From contig NC_069007.1 of NCBI RefSeq assembly GCF_001194135.2, positions 13,801,157 through 13,865,156 on the forward strand: a stretch of 64,000 nt of DNA, in the 5' to 3' direction. The notes under the pieces were generated by a model. That model was not told where the DNA came from. It searched no databases and saw only the letters and a list, made by a program, of their open reading frames with translations. This document shows positions 26,204-39,384 of this stretch, piece by piece; the stretch's first letter is position 1; each line of letters opens with the position of its first letter. This DNA is from Octopus bimaculoides (taxonomy: Eukaryota). The position numbers were made by a program, and so were the translations under genes.

Positions 26204-28349
26204 GGTACTTCGTAACTGGCACTCGTGCCAGTGGCATGTGAAAAAGCAACCACTGCACTTTTGGAGTGGTTCGTGTTAGGAAGGGCATCCAGCTGTAGAA
26301 ACCATGCTAAATCAGATTAGAACCTGGTGCAGCTTCCTGGCTTACCAGTTTTCAGTCAAACCATCCAACCCATGCCAGCATAGAAAACTGATATTAAATG
26401 ATGGACCCTAAGGGTCATATTGACCCCCTGTTGAGAACCACTGGTCAAGTGCCTTTCAAAACCCTATTCTAACACTCATACAGTCCATGTATTTCAATTA
26501 GATTTTGTAAGACTTCTGATGTTTGGAACACCACTGAAGATAAAATTCTTTAAAATCCTGACAGAAGTTTCTAATTAGCAACAGACACTAAGGCTATCTC
26601 AAGCAGGTTGGCATAAAAAAAGTGGTTAAAAAATGCCTAAAAATAAAATAAAAATAAGTATGAAAATCTACTTGTAGCCCTGAACCAAGTCATGACTTCC
26701 TGTCTGATATGACTGATAAGAGGCAAATTAAATGGGATGTAGCGATTAGCTTNNNNNNNNNNAGGGGCAACTACAGTAGCAGTTGTTTAATCCAAGTTCA
26801 GTTCTAACCAAAATTGAGGACCAGGAAGAGTTCAAAGATCAACCATCTATTGCTTTTCTCTTCAGGCATAGACTACCCAGAGTCACATCAGCCAATGTCA
26901 GTCCTTTTAAGAAAGGCATTAAGATGTTAGATAAGGGACATTTGGCTGCTGTTTCTAGTATCTCAGGAGACCACCAAGTGACAGTTTCAGCTGGACTAGA
27001 TCAGCCCTGACTGAGCAAATGCATCTCGACTTTTTACTATTCACAGAGCACCAAAAGGACCTCATTACCCAATGTTCTTTTCTAAGACAGTGAGGTGTGA
27101 TGAGGGAGATTTGGCTGCTATTTCCAGCAAGCATCAGGTAAAAGAATGGCACAATCAACAGACCATCATACAAAATGCCTTGCAATATTTCTTCAAATCC
27201 CTCTGAGGTTAACTTTACCTTTCATCCTTCCAGTGCCAAAATGAAATACCAGGTGGTTGAAAAGAAAAATCTAGGAATGTGCACCAAATATGAAGTATGG
27301 ACACGAGGGAAATGGATCCCGTGTACACGTGATATGCAGGACAAGCAAAGAGTTAAGCACTTGTCAGAGGAGAGTAGTGTGACATTGCTAAATCAAGTTA
27401 TACAAAATATTTTTCTGCTCTAGGCACAAGAGCCCGAAATTTTGGAGGAGGGGCGGGACAGTCGATTAGATCGTCACCAGTACACAACTGGTACTCAATT
27501 TATCAAGTCCAAAAGGATGAAAGGCAAAGTTGACCTCGGCGGAATTTGAACTCAGATCATAAAGACAGACGAAATGCCGCTAAGCCTTTCGCCCTAAATG
27601 CTAACGTTTCTGCCAGCTACAAAATCTATCTTTATATTACAATGAACGTAAACAAACAAACGAAGTTTGCTTTAGAAGCGTTGAGATGTCTTTTTTCTGC
27701 AAAATAGGGGTAGCTTATCCTGTTCAGGCTATATTATAAGCATTACCCTGCGTTTGAGAATTTAAAATCACTTTAACTATCTTTGTGGCATTGATTCTTT
27801 GTGGCATTGATTCTTTGCCTGTCTAAAACGTCCGTGCTTGTTTTCAGCCTTTTAGCTAACCTTTGCTTCATACATTCTGAATAGTATAAAGCTTTCTTTC
27901 CATAGTCCCAAGTTACTGTGGTGATTGAAAAAAAAAAAATTAGTGTATCCTAAACGATATATGGATGCCAAAGAAATGTCCTCTGTATAATTTGTGACAC
28001 AGGACTGAGTTAAAATACAAATTGGTCCTAGAAAGAAAAAAAACCCCTTACTTTTGGTTAAGTTGAACAGAGAAACTGTTGTGTTGATGTAGCGTTTATA
28101 TTGGTGAGAAAGAGATAAAGGTTCGCATGGACACTGTTTAACTCTAGGTCAGACTTGATTAGACACAGCTAGGATTACACTTATGACACACATTCCCATA
28201 TATATCTAAGATTAATATATCTAAGATTAATCCAGTATCTTTTTCAAAGTTTTTTTTTGTTTTTGTTTTTAGAGACATTGGCTGCTATTTCAAGACAGTC
28301 CACTGACCAGAAGGCCCTGTAGTTTGGTACATTAAATCCTGAGCCTGTT

Positions 28350-28413
<64 letters not shown>

Positions 28414-28417
<4 letters not shown>

Positions 28418-28559
28418 TCGCCAAGCCAACATGGCAGTCCCAAAATTAGGACGAAAGCTGCCGTGAATTAGCTCCAAGAAGCCATCGCCTCTAGCTAGCT
28501 ATGTGACACACGAAACCTGTGTCCTTTATTTGGGACTGCCATGTTGGCTTGGCGATAAC
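28414..28559. mobile_element. 146-bp MITE with perfect 31-bp TIRs and TA TSD
   Basis: gttatcgccaagccaacatggcagtcccaaa and its exact reverse complement, flanked by TA, at the end of a (TA)n run. Confidence 0.88.
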
Positions 28560-30074
28560 TATTAATTTCCAGTACCGCTGCCGTAGTCTCCTTTAGAGAG
28601 ACTTAGAAATATTAATAACTCTATATATATATATATATATATATATTATAGCCCAAGACACCTAATAATGGGCATAGAATCGTTTGCCTGTTTGTTCTTA
28701 TATAACAGACAGGTGTGTGTGATTTGCGAGAGATTTGGCTGCTATTTCTAGACGGTTGACAGACACAAAGGCTCCCTGTAGCTTTGATAAGTCCATAACA
28801 TGCTGCCATACAAATTGGCGAAGGCATTATTCAAACCATAAAATTATTTTCCTAGTTTTTATACAACAGACAAGAGGGTGGGATTTGAGAGATTTGGCTA
28901 TTATTTCGGTTAAGGCAGCCGACCCCAGCGGCTCCTAGAGATATTTCTTTTGTTGAGTGGGAGGAAGATGCAGGGTGGGGTGGGGGTAGATTGCTGGTAA
29001 GGAGACATCGTAGGGCGGCCAGAGAGGAAAGGAACATAGAAGAGGAGGAAAAGGAAGCTGTAACGGGTGATGCAATAAGAGAATCAGTGACGAGGGGTAC
29101 TGGGGTATGATAAGGGTGCAGCAAGCTGAGCGGGAAGAGATGAAGACAAAGAACTGCAGTATTTGAAGCTGGTGGGATTGTTTAGGCCCCCTACCCCTCA
29201 CCACTAAAAATTTTTTTTAAAAAGTCGGCCCTGAACTAGCAAACGTATGATCAAAAATGGATTTCAGTTACTAACATCCCATCCCTATTTAAGGATAGTG
29301 GGAAGGACATGGAGATTTGGTTGCTATTTCTAGCAGGTGGAGTATTTACCTCCCGTTTAGTCTGCAATCCATATATACATATACATATATACGCACAACA
29401 CACATATACACACTGAATATAGACGTGCGCGTGCAAGTGAAAACACGAGGTTTAAAATATTTGAAAGTGAAGTGCGAGTCTCAGAGTTATCCCAAGACAC
29501 TATAGAGACGGAGGTGATGCGATGGCCATGATGCCTATCACGAACAGAAACTATCACAGGTTCTCATATCGTATTAGCCCTGACTTTCTCCGAAACTTAG
29601 AAACGGAAAGCTTAGAATATGCAAACACACACATATATATATCCCAGCAGAGGGAGAGGGCGAGATTGTGACATTTTTTTTCCTAACTTTCTTACGGTAC
29701 AAATNNNNNNNNNNNNNNNNNNNNNNNNNNNNNNNNNNNNNNNNNNNNNNNNNNNNNNNNNNNNNNNNNNNNNNNNNNNNNNNNNNNNNNNNNNNNNNNN
29801 NNNNNNNNNNNNNNNNNNNNNNNNNNNNNNNNNNNNNNNNNNNNNNNNNNNNNNNNNNNNNNNNNNNNNNNNNNNNNNNNNNNNNNNNNNNNNNNNNNNN
29901 NNNNNNNNNNNNNNNNNNNNNNNNNNNNNNNNNNNNNTAAAAAAAAAAAAAAACCAAGGGCGATTTGGCTGCTATTTCTAGTAGATCGAGGGCCAACTAA
30001 CAGGAGCAGTGATTCTATTTGAATATACTCGGCATATATATATATTTATTATATGCGTGGACATGACTAGTTAA

Positions 30075-30380
30075 TAAAGCTCGCTTCGCAGCCACGTGGT
30101 TTCTGGTTCAGTTCTACTGCGCGGCAGTTTGGAGAATTGTCTTCAACTTCGCAAGTAGATATGGTGGGTGGAAACTGGATGTAGGTATGGCCCACCACCA
30201 CTTGACAACTTATGATAGTTCAAGTCGCCATAACTCAGCAGTTCGAAATACATGACTCTAAAAAAAAATTTTTTTAATTAAAAAAACAAAAATAAGGCAC
30301 TAGGGTCGATTTATTCGACGAAAATCCGCCAAGATGGTGCTCCAGTATGGCCACAGTAAAATAACTGAGAAAGTAAAAGA
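30075..30380 (+). mobile_element. SINE family A (diverged, CpG-retaining)
   Basis: Head, body and tail recognisable. Confidence 0.7.
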
Positions 30381-32108
30381 AAGTTGTTGTTTAATTAGCG
30401 GACAATCCTCAGCTGCTATGTATCACTATATCGAGTGAGGATATAAATATCCTCACTCGATATTTATAGAGAAAGGATCCCTAATCACCTCAGCCGGGGT
30501 CGACATTTCTCTAATCCCTACTAGAAGGGGTTGGAGGGACGAAATTAAAAGTACCGGTGATAAACATAGGTCCATTCAATGAAAATAACCTCTCTCCAGC
30601 AAAGATTACTGGATAGATTTGTGTCAACGCGAGAAACCTAGCAGACCGGCTGCGTAACCGAAAACCAGGTTTTAGAGACGCTTCTTGGTTTTTATTTAAT
30701 TTTTACTCTATCCACCATCACCAGAGTCAACAAACCCAAAACTTAGCACAGCCAGCTGTACCGTAATGAGGGTCATCCACAACCGCGAACCCATTTACAA
30801 CAGGCTTCAAGAGAACAGTGTACAATTTAGCTCGAAGATCAAGTCAAATAGAACGGGTAACCTACGATCGAAGTCCTTCAAGCGCATGACCAACCCAGTT
30901 CTAAATGGATAAGGCTGCAGGGTATGGTTTTGAAAGATTTACTACCTGCTATTTCTAACAGAAAGACCGACTACATCATAATGGTTGGCCTTTGTGCGCA
31001 ACTATGACATTGGAGAGAGAGATGGGGGGAGGAGAGGGTGCGGAGGACCATCAACCTTTTGGCAATCGATATTTTCATTATAACAAAGCATATTTATAGA
31101 TAAGAAAGATAGTGCAGTCTTAAGGCGCCGAACCCTATACATAAAAGTCCCGAAACCGGCGGCGCTGTATGTCCGTCCCATCCATGGCCAATACTGATTA
31201 ATTAACAACTACACGACTTAACTGACCTTAAATCCACGAAGCAGTGAATAAATGCCGCAAGGTAGCAACAACGAAAACATTGCTCTAATAATAACGTTTT
31301 ATTTGCCACGAGGGCATAGATGATGGAAACATCACAAGGACAGTTTACAATAATGGTGGAGACGGGTTAAATATAAGATGAGGTGGGAAAGCCTGAAAGG
31401 AGAAAAGAATACATGGTACAACAATAATAATCGAAGTACAAACAAGATCAGCAGTTTTTTTAGGGTAGGCGCAAAGTCGATTACATCGACCCAAGTACTT
31501 ATCAATCCCGAAAGGATGAAAGACAGAGTCGACCTCAGTGGAATTTGAGCTCAGAACCTAATGACTGAAATAAGTAGTGTTCAGTTTTTGTAAAATTTAC
31601 TCAAACTTTTATTAGGTTATATAAATGGAGAATTAATTACAGACGGGGATTATAAAATTCGAGAGTGATGGGCACAACTAGGTTGTGCTTGCTTGCTTGG
31701 TGGTAGCCTTGTTATTAAAATATGCAGACATTTCTACACACAAAGAGACTTTATATAGCTAGGTGGCCTTACATTAAAACAAGATTCCACCCAGAAAGAA
31801 TGACGTAGTTGTGCTGAAGACGGGTGCGACGACGACGAAGTGGAAGGTCAAAGGGCAAAGCTGCGCTGTTTCATAAGGTGGGTGGGTACAGAGTAGAACA
31901 GAACTGTCAGTTGAAAGTTTTACGTGTCTGAGCAAGTTTATACGGGACACAGTTTTGTGCTTTTGATAATGTTTTTAATTTTTATTCTCTTCGAGCCATA
32001 TCTAGCCTTCAGCTACACACCCGCAATAATTACATATTGCTGCGTATACCTAAAACGTGTACACAGAAAAATCACTGCTCTCATATATATATATATATAT
32101 ATATATAA

Positions 32109-32356
32109 AGCAACATCTATACACGCACGCGGCTATATACACCTAATGCAACATCTATACACACATTGCTGTAGACGCCTAATGCAACACATACACACTG
32201 TTGTAGTCGCCTAGTGCAACATATATACACACTGTTGTAGTCGCCTAGTGCAGCATATATACACACTGTTGTAGACACCTAGTGCAACATATAAACACTG
32301 TTGTAGACACCTAGTGCAACATATAAACACTGTTGTAGACACCTAGTGCAACATAT
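32109..32356. repeat. Minisatellite, ~7 units of 33-35 bp (cctagtgcaacatata[ta]cacactgttgtagaca)
   Basis: Contiguous units with no unique spacers. Confidence 0.9.
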
Positions 32357-32992
32357 ATATATATATATATTATATATTACATGCACAAATACATAGTTAA
32401 AACAGATTGTGTGTGCATATATATGTATATACACACACAACAGCCATATATATGCCTAAAGCAACACAGAGACATATACACATATATATATATTAACGTC
32501 AAATACAAACAAATCATTCCAAATATAAACTCCCATAACATTACAAATAGCAACAACATTTAATGTAAGCAACACTTAAAACCTAACAATAAAACAGCAA
32601 TTAAAAGAGACAGAATATAATGTGCAAAACACACACAAATATATATCTATGTAAAATCGGGAAGAGTCTATATATTAAGCCACTAGAACACAACTAAAAC
32701 ATACTCTTGTTGGATCAACAAGATTTAATAGTTGTAACTCATCTTCCTAAAACCATTAAAAACAATGAGACAATTATGAAATACCATAACGTACGTTGTT
32801 AAGATTACATACGAATATTCCTCTCGTACAAAGTATATAATATAATAGATACATTAAATATTAGATATATTTGGTGGTAGGAGGTTTGCTTCATGCCGGC
32901 CAATGCCATTGTAAGTAGATTTGGTAAACTGTAACTGAGAAAAGCCGTCGTGAAAGAAACCGAAGCAGACGTAAATATTTGTTCCACTAAAC

Positions 32993-34046
32993 CAGGGATG
33001 GGAAAACTTTTTAGTGCGGCGGGCAAGAATTTCCAAAGAAAAAGGTCCGCGGGCGGGTCACAAGTTCTAACTCATATATATATATATTACAAATTAAAAG
33101 AGTAAAGGATTATCAATTTATTAATTAATAAATCAATTAACAATTAATAAATTTTACCAAGCCCATCGGTATGAAAGCACCATTATTGGTGGAGAACTTA
33201 TTTAAAAGCTCATATATATTTATAAACATAATTAAGGGATCAGCAAATATTTGCTTCACCATATACCGAAGTTCAGTTAAGAAGGACAGTTAGACTGGCT
33301 GACCGAAGTGGATTCGGTTATGCTTTCAGATCTGTGTCGGTGTGGAATGTTACTCGTTCATGCTTGCACAGTTTGCTAGCATAGTCAAATTTACTGCTGG
33401 AATACAGTATTGATGAAGGAAATTGAGTATCAATCATAATCCAGAAACGCGTCTACTGTTAACCTCCGGAATGGTTAGTTTTTCANNNNNNNNNNNNNNN
33501 NNNNNNNNNNNNNNNNNNNNNNNNNNNNNNNNNNNNNNNNNNNNNNNNNNNNNNNNNNNNNNNNNNNNNNNNNNNNNNNNNNNNNNNNNNNNNNNNNNNN
33601 NNNNNNNNNNNNNNNNNNNNNNNNNNNNNNNNNNNNNNNNNNNNNNNNNNNNNNNNNNNNNNNNNNNNNNNNNNNNNNNNNNNTGTGTGAATAAGTCGAT
33701 ATACATTAATAAAGATAAGTTTAACACATTAAATTAACACATAACATTACTAACACCGCCACTGAATTTAGGACGTTTCTATATTTTTCAGCTAGAATAT
33801 AGTTAGGTCTCAAGGCAGGGGGAGGGGGTACTAACAATGTGCTTTATAGTGATAACATTACCGGACGATTTCTGTTCGAGTCTGACCCTTCTAGGTCGTA
33901 GTGGAAACGCGACTTATCTCGCAAACAGGCATACAAATATTGTATAAATTTTACAATTGAAAAATTTACTATATCTTGAACATACGAGTATATAAACCTG
34001 CGGGCGCAATGAAATGGGCCGGCGGGTGGGGTTTTCCCCACTCCTG
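32993..34046. mobile_element. Non-autonomous hAT element with 8-bp TSD
   Basis: Termini cagggatgggaaaac and ttttccccactcctg are imperfect inverted repeats. An identical 8-bp TSD CACTAAAC occurs at 32985-32992 and 34047-34054. Contains an N-gap. Confidence 0.88.
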
Positions 34047-37011
34047 CACTAAACTCTTAGAGGCCGTGCCCCAGCGTAACTGCAGTCCAATTATTAAAGC
34101 TGTGTGTGTGTGTGTGTGTGTGTGTGTTACATACGCACACAGCTGTAGAGAACTCATTGTCAGAGAGGTTTGTTTTATACAAGACTAGGCCGTTAAATAT
34201 TGATTTCAAATGTTAGTACAAGGCCAACCATTTCGGAGGACGGGAAAGTCGATTACATCGACCCAGTGATATTAACTAGTACTTTCTTTATCGACCCTAT
34301 AAGCAGTGCCGGAATCAGGACAAATGAGAGCCTGTGTTAGGTAAGTTGTGAGACCCCTTACTTGGACAATTAGGCATACATGCTCAGGAAATTCATCGTA
34401 AAAAAAGAGGGGGGAAACAAGACGCCCCCCCTGCCCCGGGGCCCTGTGCTTAAACACACCTAAGCACAATAGTAAATCCAGCACAGCCTATAAGGGTGAA
34501 AGGTAAAGTCCACATTGTTAACTGCCCTATATGTGCTAAACGGCGATGTAAATGTCGTGTGAAAAATAAGACTTATTGAAATTTAGTTGCAGAAAGAAGA
34601 CGAAAGTTGCGTAGAGACAATTCTAGGTTCAGAAAACAAAGAGGGTGGCGGGTAATTTCAACAAGAGAAAAATTAAGAATTCATCACAAATTTGGCTAAA
34701 AGAAAGTGATGTGTGTAGGCGAAGGACAAATGTGAACTAGTTCCGGTCTTATTAGACTTCATCAGTTGAATCCTATCTGGGCTTTTTGATATGTCGAAAG
34801 GTTTTGATATCGAAAATGAGTTAATCCTCGGCCAGTTTTAATTTGCATTGATTATACAAATGAGCTAAGGGGAAATAAGTCAAATGAGCCAATGGATTGA
34901 AAGGTGAAGTGAAAAGACAATCCTATCACATTGGTAGGCAACAATGTCCAGGAGTTCGTGTTTAGAAGTCCTTTGCATAATCACAGGACAAAAGCAGCGA
35001 AACCCAGAGAGAGCTGCTACACAACCTGTTAAAAATAGCAGCCAGATTTCCTTCACCATCGTCTAGAAACGAGGAAGAAAACTACTGGTTAATGTAATCC
35101 TAGATATGGAAATGCCCGACAATACAGGATGGTCATGGTTGACATGCCCTTACAGTTTTATGTATCAAATGGCAAGAACTTGTAATAATATCCAGATAAA
35201 AGGGAAATGAGATTGTCGGGCTCAGATTGACAAGGTTTGTCATAAACATTGCTACCGTTAGTCCCTGAATAACGGTAAACCAGATGACCAATTAAAAGCG
35301 CTTCAGCCATGGCCATCTCCAACAATTTCCAAATATGTACTCCGTCCTGAGAAAAGTTATGCAATTTCCATAGAAGTTAACTACCGTTTCTTGTAGGTCA
35401 AGCAATCATGTAGAGGCACACTCCCTTGGATAGAGTTTCCTTATAAAGTTACAGAAGATGCTCCTCCGCTAATTGGATCCATGGATATATCGAAACAGAC
35501 TTACACAGTAGACTTATAATCAAATATGTTCCAGCCATGACCATCCTATCCTTTAAGCACCGAGAGTATATTGTCCAACGTGATTTTAGAGAGATTTGGT
35601 TGCTATTTCTAGCTTGTCCAACCACGTAGCGACACTCCTTGCTTGGCTGGCTGGAGGTCGGTAGTTTTATAAAAAGTTCTCATACCGACATTTTTCTTCA
35701 CTGACAAACTTTGTGAACGTGGGAGGAAGCGAGAGAAAATATTTTTCTTTTTTAATAAAGAAAAAGAATTTGCCTGTTCTTCCATGAAGAAGTTCTACGC
35801 AAATATGTATCACGATTAAAAAAATGTACACCAAACGAATAAAAAAAAAGTATTTACAATCTAATATATTGTTGATACCACTAAAAACTATTATTAAATT
35901 CATATATATATATACATACATACACACACATACTATACATACATATATACAGGTATATGTACACATACATACACACACGCATATGTACACATAGATACAC
36001 ACACATCAGTGTGTACAAACTGGGGCTTTATTCTACAGACCCCAGTAAGGGATGAAAAGCAAAGTTAAAAACCTTGGCGGGATTCGAATTCAAGAGAGTA
36101 ACAACGAAGGGGCGGCGAAAATGAATACCGCGAGGTATTGTCCCGATAAACGATCTTTTTTACTAAGGCCCAAGAAGGAGGTAGAGGACCTCGACTAAAT
36201 GAATTCTGAATAGTTTTTTTCTTCCTCCTCCTCATTCAATATTTCGGTTACCCCCACCATGCATATGGGATTGTGAAGCTAAATCTGGATGGAGGGGTTG
36301 GTTTGTGTGAGGTGAATAAGGGCGGCAACGTGAGAAAAAACGTGGGTAAACTGTTCATCATGATGGTGATGAAGAATAAAGGGAGGGAAAAAAAAGGGGG
36401 TCAGCCGATTGCCAGGAGTGACGTGACAATATAGAAATATAAAAATATATTCCGTTTCTTCGTACCGGCATCAGCCATAAACAGGATGCTTACGAATACT
36501 TCATGAAAACACAGTTAAAACTTATTCCAAGAACAAACGAGGAGGGGAAACAGCTGCACAATCACCGACTTCGTAAAAACATGAGCAGAAATCCTTCAAA
36601 TCACAACCATTTACAAAAAAAAAAAAAAAAAAAAAAAAAAANNNNNNNNNNNNNNNNNNNNNNNNNNNNNNNNNNNNNNNNNNNNNNNNNNNNNNNNNNN
36701 NNNNNNNNNNNNNNNNNNNNNNNNNNNNNNNNNNNNNNNNNNNNNNNNNNNNNNNNNNNNNNNNNNNNNNNNNNNNNNNNNNNNNNNNNNNNNNNNNNNN
36801 NNNNNNNNNNNNNNNNNNNNNNNNNNNNNNNNNNNNNNNNNNNNNNNNNNNNNNNNNNNNNNNNNNNNNNNNNNNNNNNNNNNNNNNNNNNNNNNNNNNN
36901 NNNNNNNNNNNNNNNNNNNNNNNNNNNNNNNNNNNNNNNNNNNNNNNNNNNNNNNNNNNNNNNNNNNNNNNNNNNNNNNNNNNNNNNNNNNNNNNNNNNN
37001 NNNNNNNNNNN

Positions 37012-37071
<60 letters not shown>

Positions 37072-39320
37072 ACTAGTTTCAGTCATTGAACTGCAGCCAT
37101 GCTGGGGCATTATATATATACGCGTGCACTCTTGTCGATAGTTTCAGCTATTGGACCGCAAGCCATGGCCGGGCACCGCCTTCAAGAGAAGAGGTAATTT
37201 TTATCGACCACCCCACCCGCACAGACGAAGGGCAGAAAAAGGAAAGTTTACTGAAAATAAAAAGATAAAGCATAAAATGTCGGATCCGTCTAAAATTCTT
37301 GAAAGACATTTCGCTTTATTCTTCTTAGTCATTTTCTCAGTCAAATAAAGGAGTGCATTTGCTTTCCTGTGTGAGAGGAATGCAAATACATCCATTCATA
37401 CACACTTCCATATAATACAGCCGGAGGATATTAAGATTCCCTCAGACATGTCGAAATACAATTTAGACATCAACACCGCAGTAACACTGACACACAAGAA
37501 TCACCAATCGGGTAAAGAAGCAACCGGAGATCATTTCGACTTCACACTAAATTTTAAAACAAACATTTTAAATTACAACTGTCTTTCACACCGAGCTATA
37601 GTATCGCCGAAGAAAGGAGTGAAGATACATGCTTTTTACCCTTTACTAAAGACCTGAAGTAGAATGAAATGGAATGGTAAATTAATATTTCCTAACTTGG
37701 GACAAAGTACCTACGATGTTTAACTGCGTTAAGTTACCAGTTCAGGTCCAGCTGAAATTAACTTAGCTTTTTCAGCCTTCCGGAGGAGGGCGATAGAGTG
37801 AGAAAATAAAGTCACATAATATGTATATGGAATTATAATAGAAGAGAGGAACCATAATAAAATGTTGGAGAGGGAACCTTAGGTCCGATTTTATTGACCG
37901 TGAGAAAAGCTGAATGAAAACTTCCTGGAGAGTTTTGAACTGAGAATATGGGTACAAAGCCAGCAATTTCTAAGGAGGGTTTCTACCAAGCGTTTCTATA
38001 CTTTGTAATATTGAAGTGTTTTAACACATGACAGAAGATAGCGGATAAGTGTCTGTAGTCGAACAAATCAAATAATACCCCGGTGGATCGGAGGCACCAG
38101 TACCACCCCGACCAACAGTGGGACTTTAACTCAGAACATGACGTCTACACCAAATACAGGAAGTCACTTTAATATTGCGGCCTTGCAGATTAGTAACGAA
38201 AAAATAAACAAGGAAAAAAAAAAGAACGAAACAGAAAGAAGAAAAAAAAGTGAGAAAACATTTAAAAGCGAATGTTCACCATTTACGTCCATCGTCATTA
38301 TAGAGAAATATCAGTTATAATGGTCAACGGATGACATTGAGGGGATGTAGGGTAGATGAAGCAAGGGATCAAGGCCCATACGGGACCCACAGCGAAATAC
38401 TTTAACAGTTATATAATAGAATTCGATTTTGAATGGTCAAGAAACTGTACGTCCATAAGAAGGTCAGACCCTGGACCTCTGGCTTTACAGACAATCTAGC
38501 CATCACCATCCTGTGTTTTTTTTTGTTTTGTTTTCAGAGACGGTTTATCTAGGACTACATTATACAATGTGCTCAGATTTCAAATTTCAGAAAAACCGTT
38601 GGGCGTGTTCAGAGAGGCATTTGTCTGCTATTTCTAGCCGGACGAGAAATTCCGTAGAGGCTCGATCCCTCGTTGGGTCAAAACCATACATGAGAGAGAG
38701 AAGGGAGTGTTGAATTTCGAATGAAAGCCCAGTGTATAACTGGTAGTTATTTAATTGACACTACTAAAAACAACAAACACAAGCCGTCCTTCCTAAACAC
38801 CTCGGCAGGAATTCGATACAGGAGGGACACAAGTTGTTTTTTTTTAATATTATAGAAGTATTGTTGTCCAAAGCTCGAAAATTATTTCCGTCCAACATGC
38901 CGGAAAGTATATCAAATTATAGATAACAGACACAAGATATCGTACATCTTGTGTGTCTATTATAATGGAGACTAGTATTAGAACTACTTTATAAATGTCG
39001 GGCCACGTAGGTGTCTTCTTATTGTCTTCCTCTGATGTCCGCCTTATTTTATTTTAATTCGTGTCAAGAAATCGCCATTCGTCTCAAACAAACCAGCAGC
39101 AACAGAAAAAGCGAAGTGGTAGGTGCTTGCTTGATTGATAATTAGTGGAGCTTTGAATGAACACGGTAAGGCGGGGAGGAAGAAGAAGGGCACTGCAATT
39201 TTTAAATTAAGAAAAAAAATTATAACGGGATAAAGTGAGATGGTTGGAATATGTTCTGGCCATTTATAAGGTATGTATAATACTGGAGAATTAAAAGAAA
39301 TCAAGGAAGGGGCTACTTAC

Positions 39321-39380
39321 TTCGAGAGATGGAGACCAGTAAGACAGCCGTCACACTGCTACCAAAGCAGCAAACCGAAT
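39321..39380 (-). other. Candidate non-coding first exon (60 nt) of the same minus-strand gene
   Basis: Begins at Inr-like TCATTC (A+1 = 39380), contains no ATG, and ends cgaa|GTAAGTA (consensus donor). It lies in a CpG-retaining region. The link to the 17140 acceptor is inference. Confidence 0.5.
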
Positions 39381-39382
39381 GA
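39348..39382 (-). promoter_or_regulatory. Candidate Inr + DPE core promoter
   Basis: TCATTC matches the Drosophila-type Inr (TCAKTY). Positions +28..+32 read TGACG, fitting DSWYV of the DPE at the exact spacing, although +33 mismatches. Confidence 0.45.
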
Positions 39383-39384
39383 CT

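Noticed and set aside
32109-32356. CRISPR-like array (33-35-bp semi-palindromic repeats)
   Set aside because: Units are contiguous with no unique spacers, there are no cas genes, and the context is eukaryotic.
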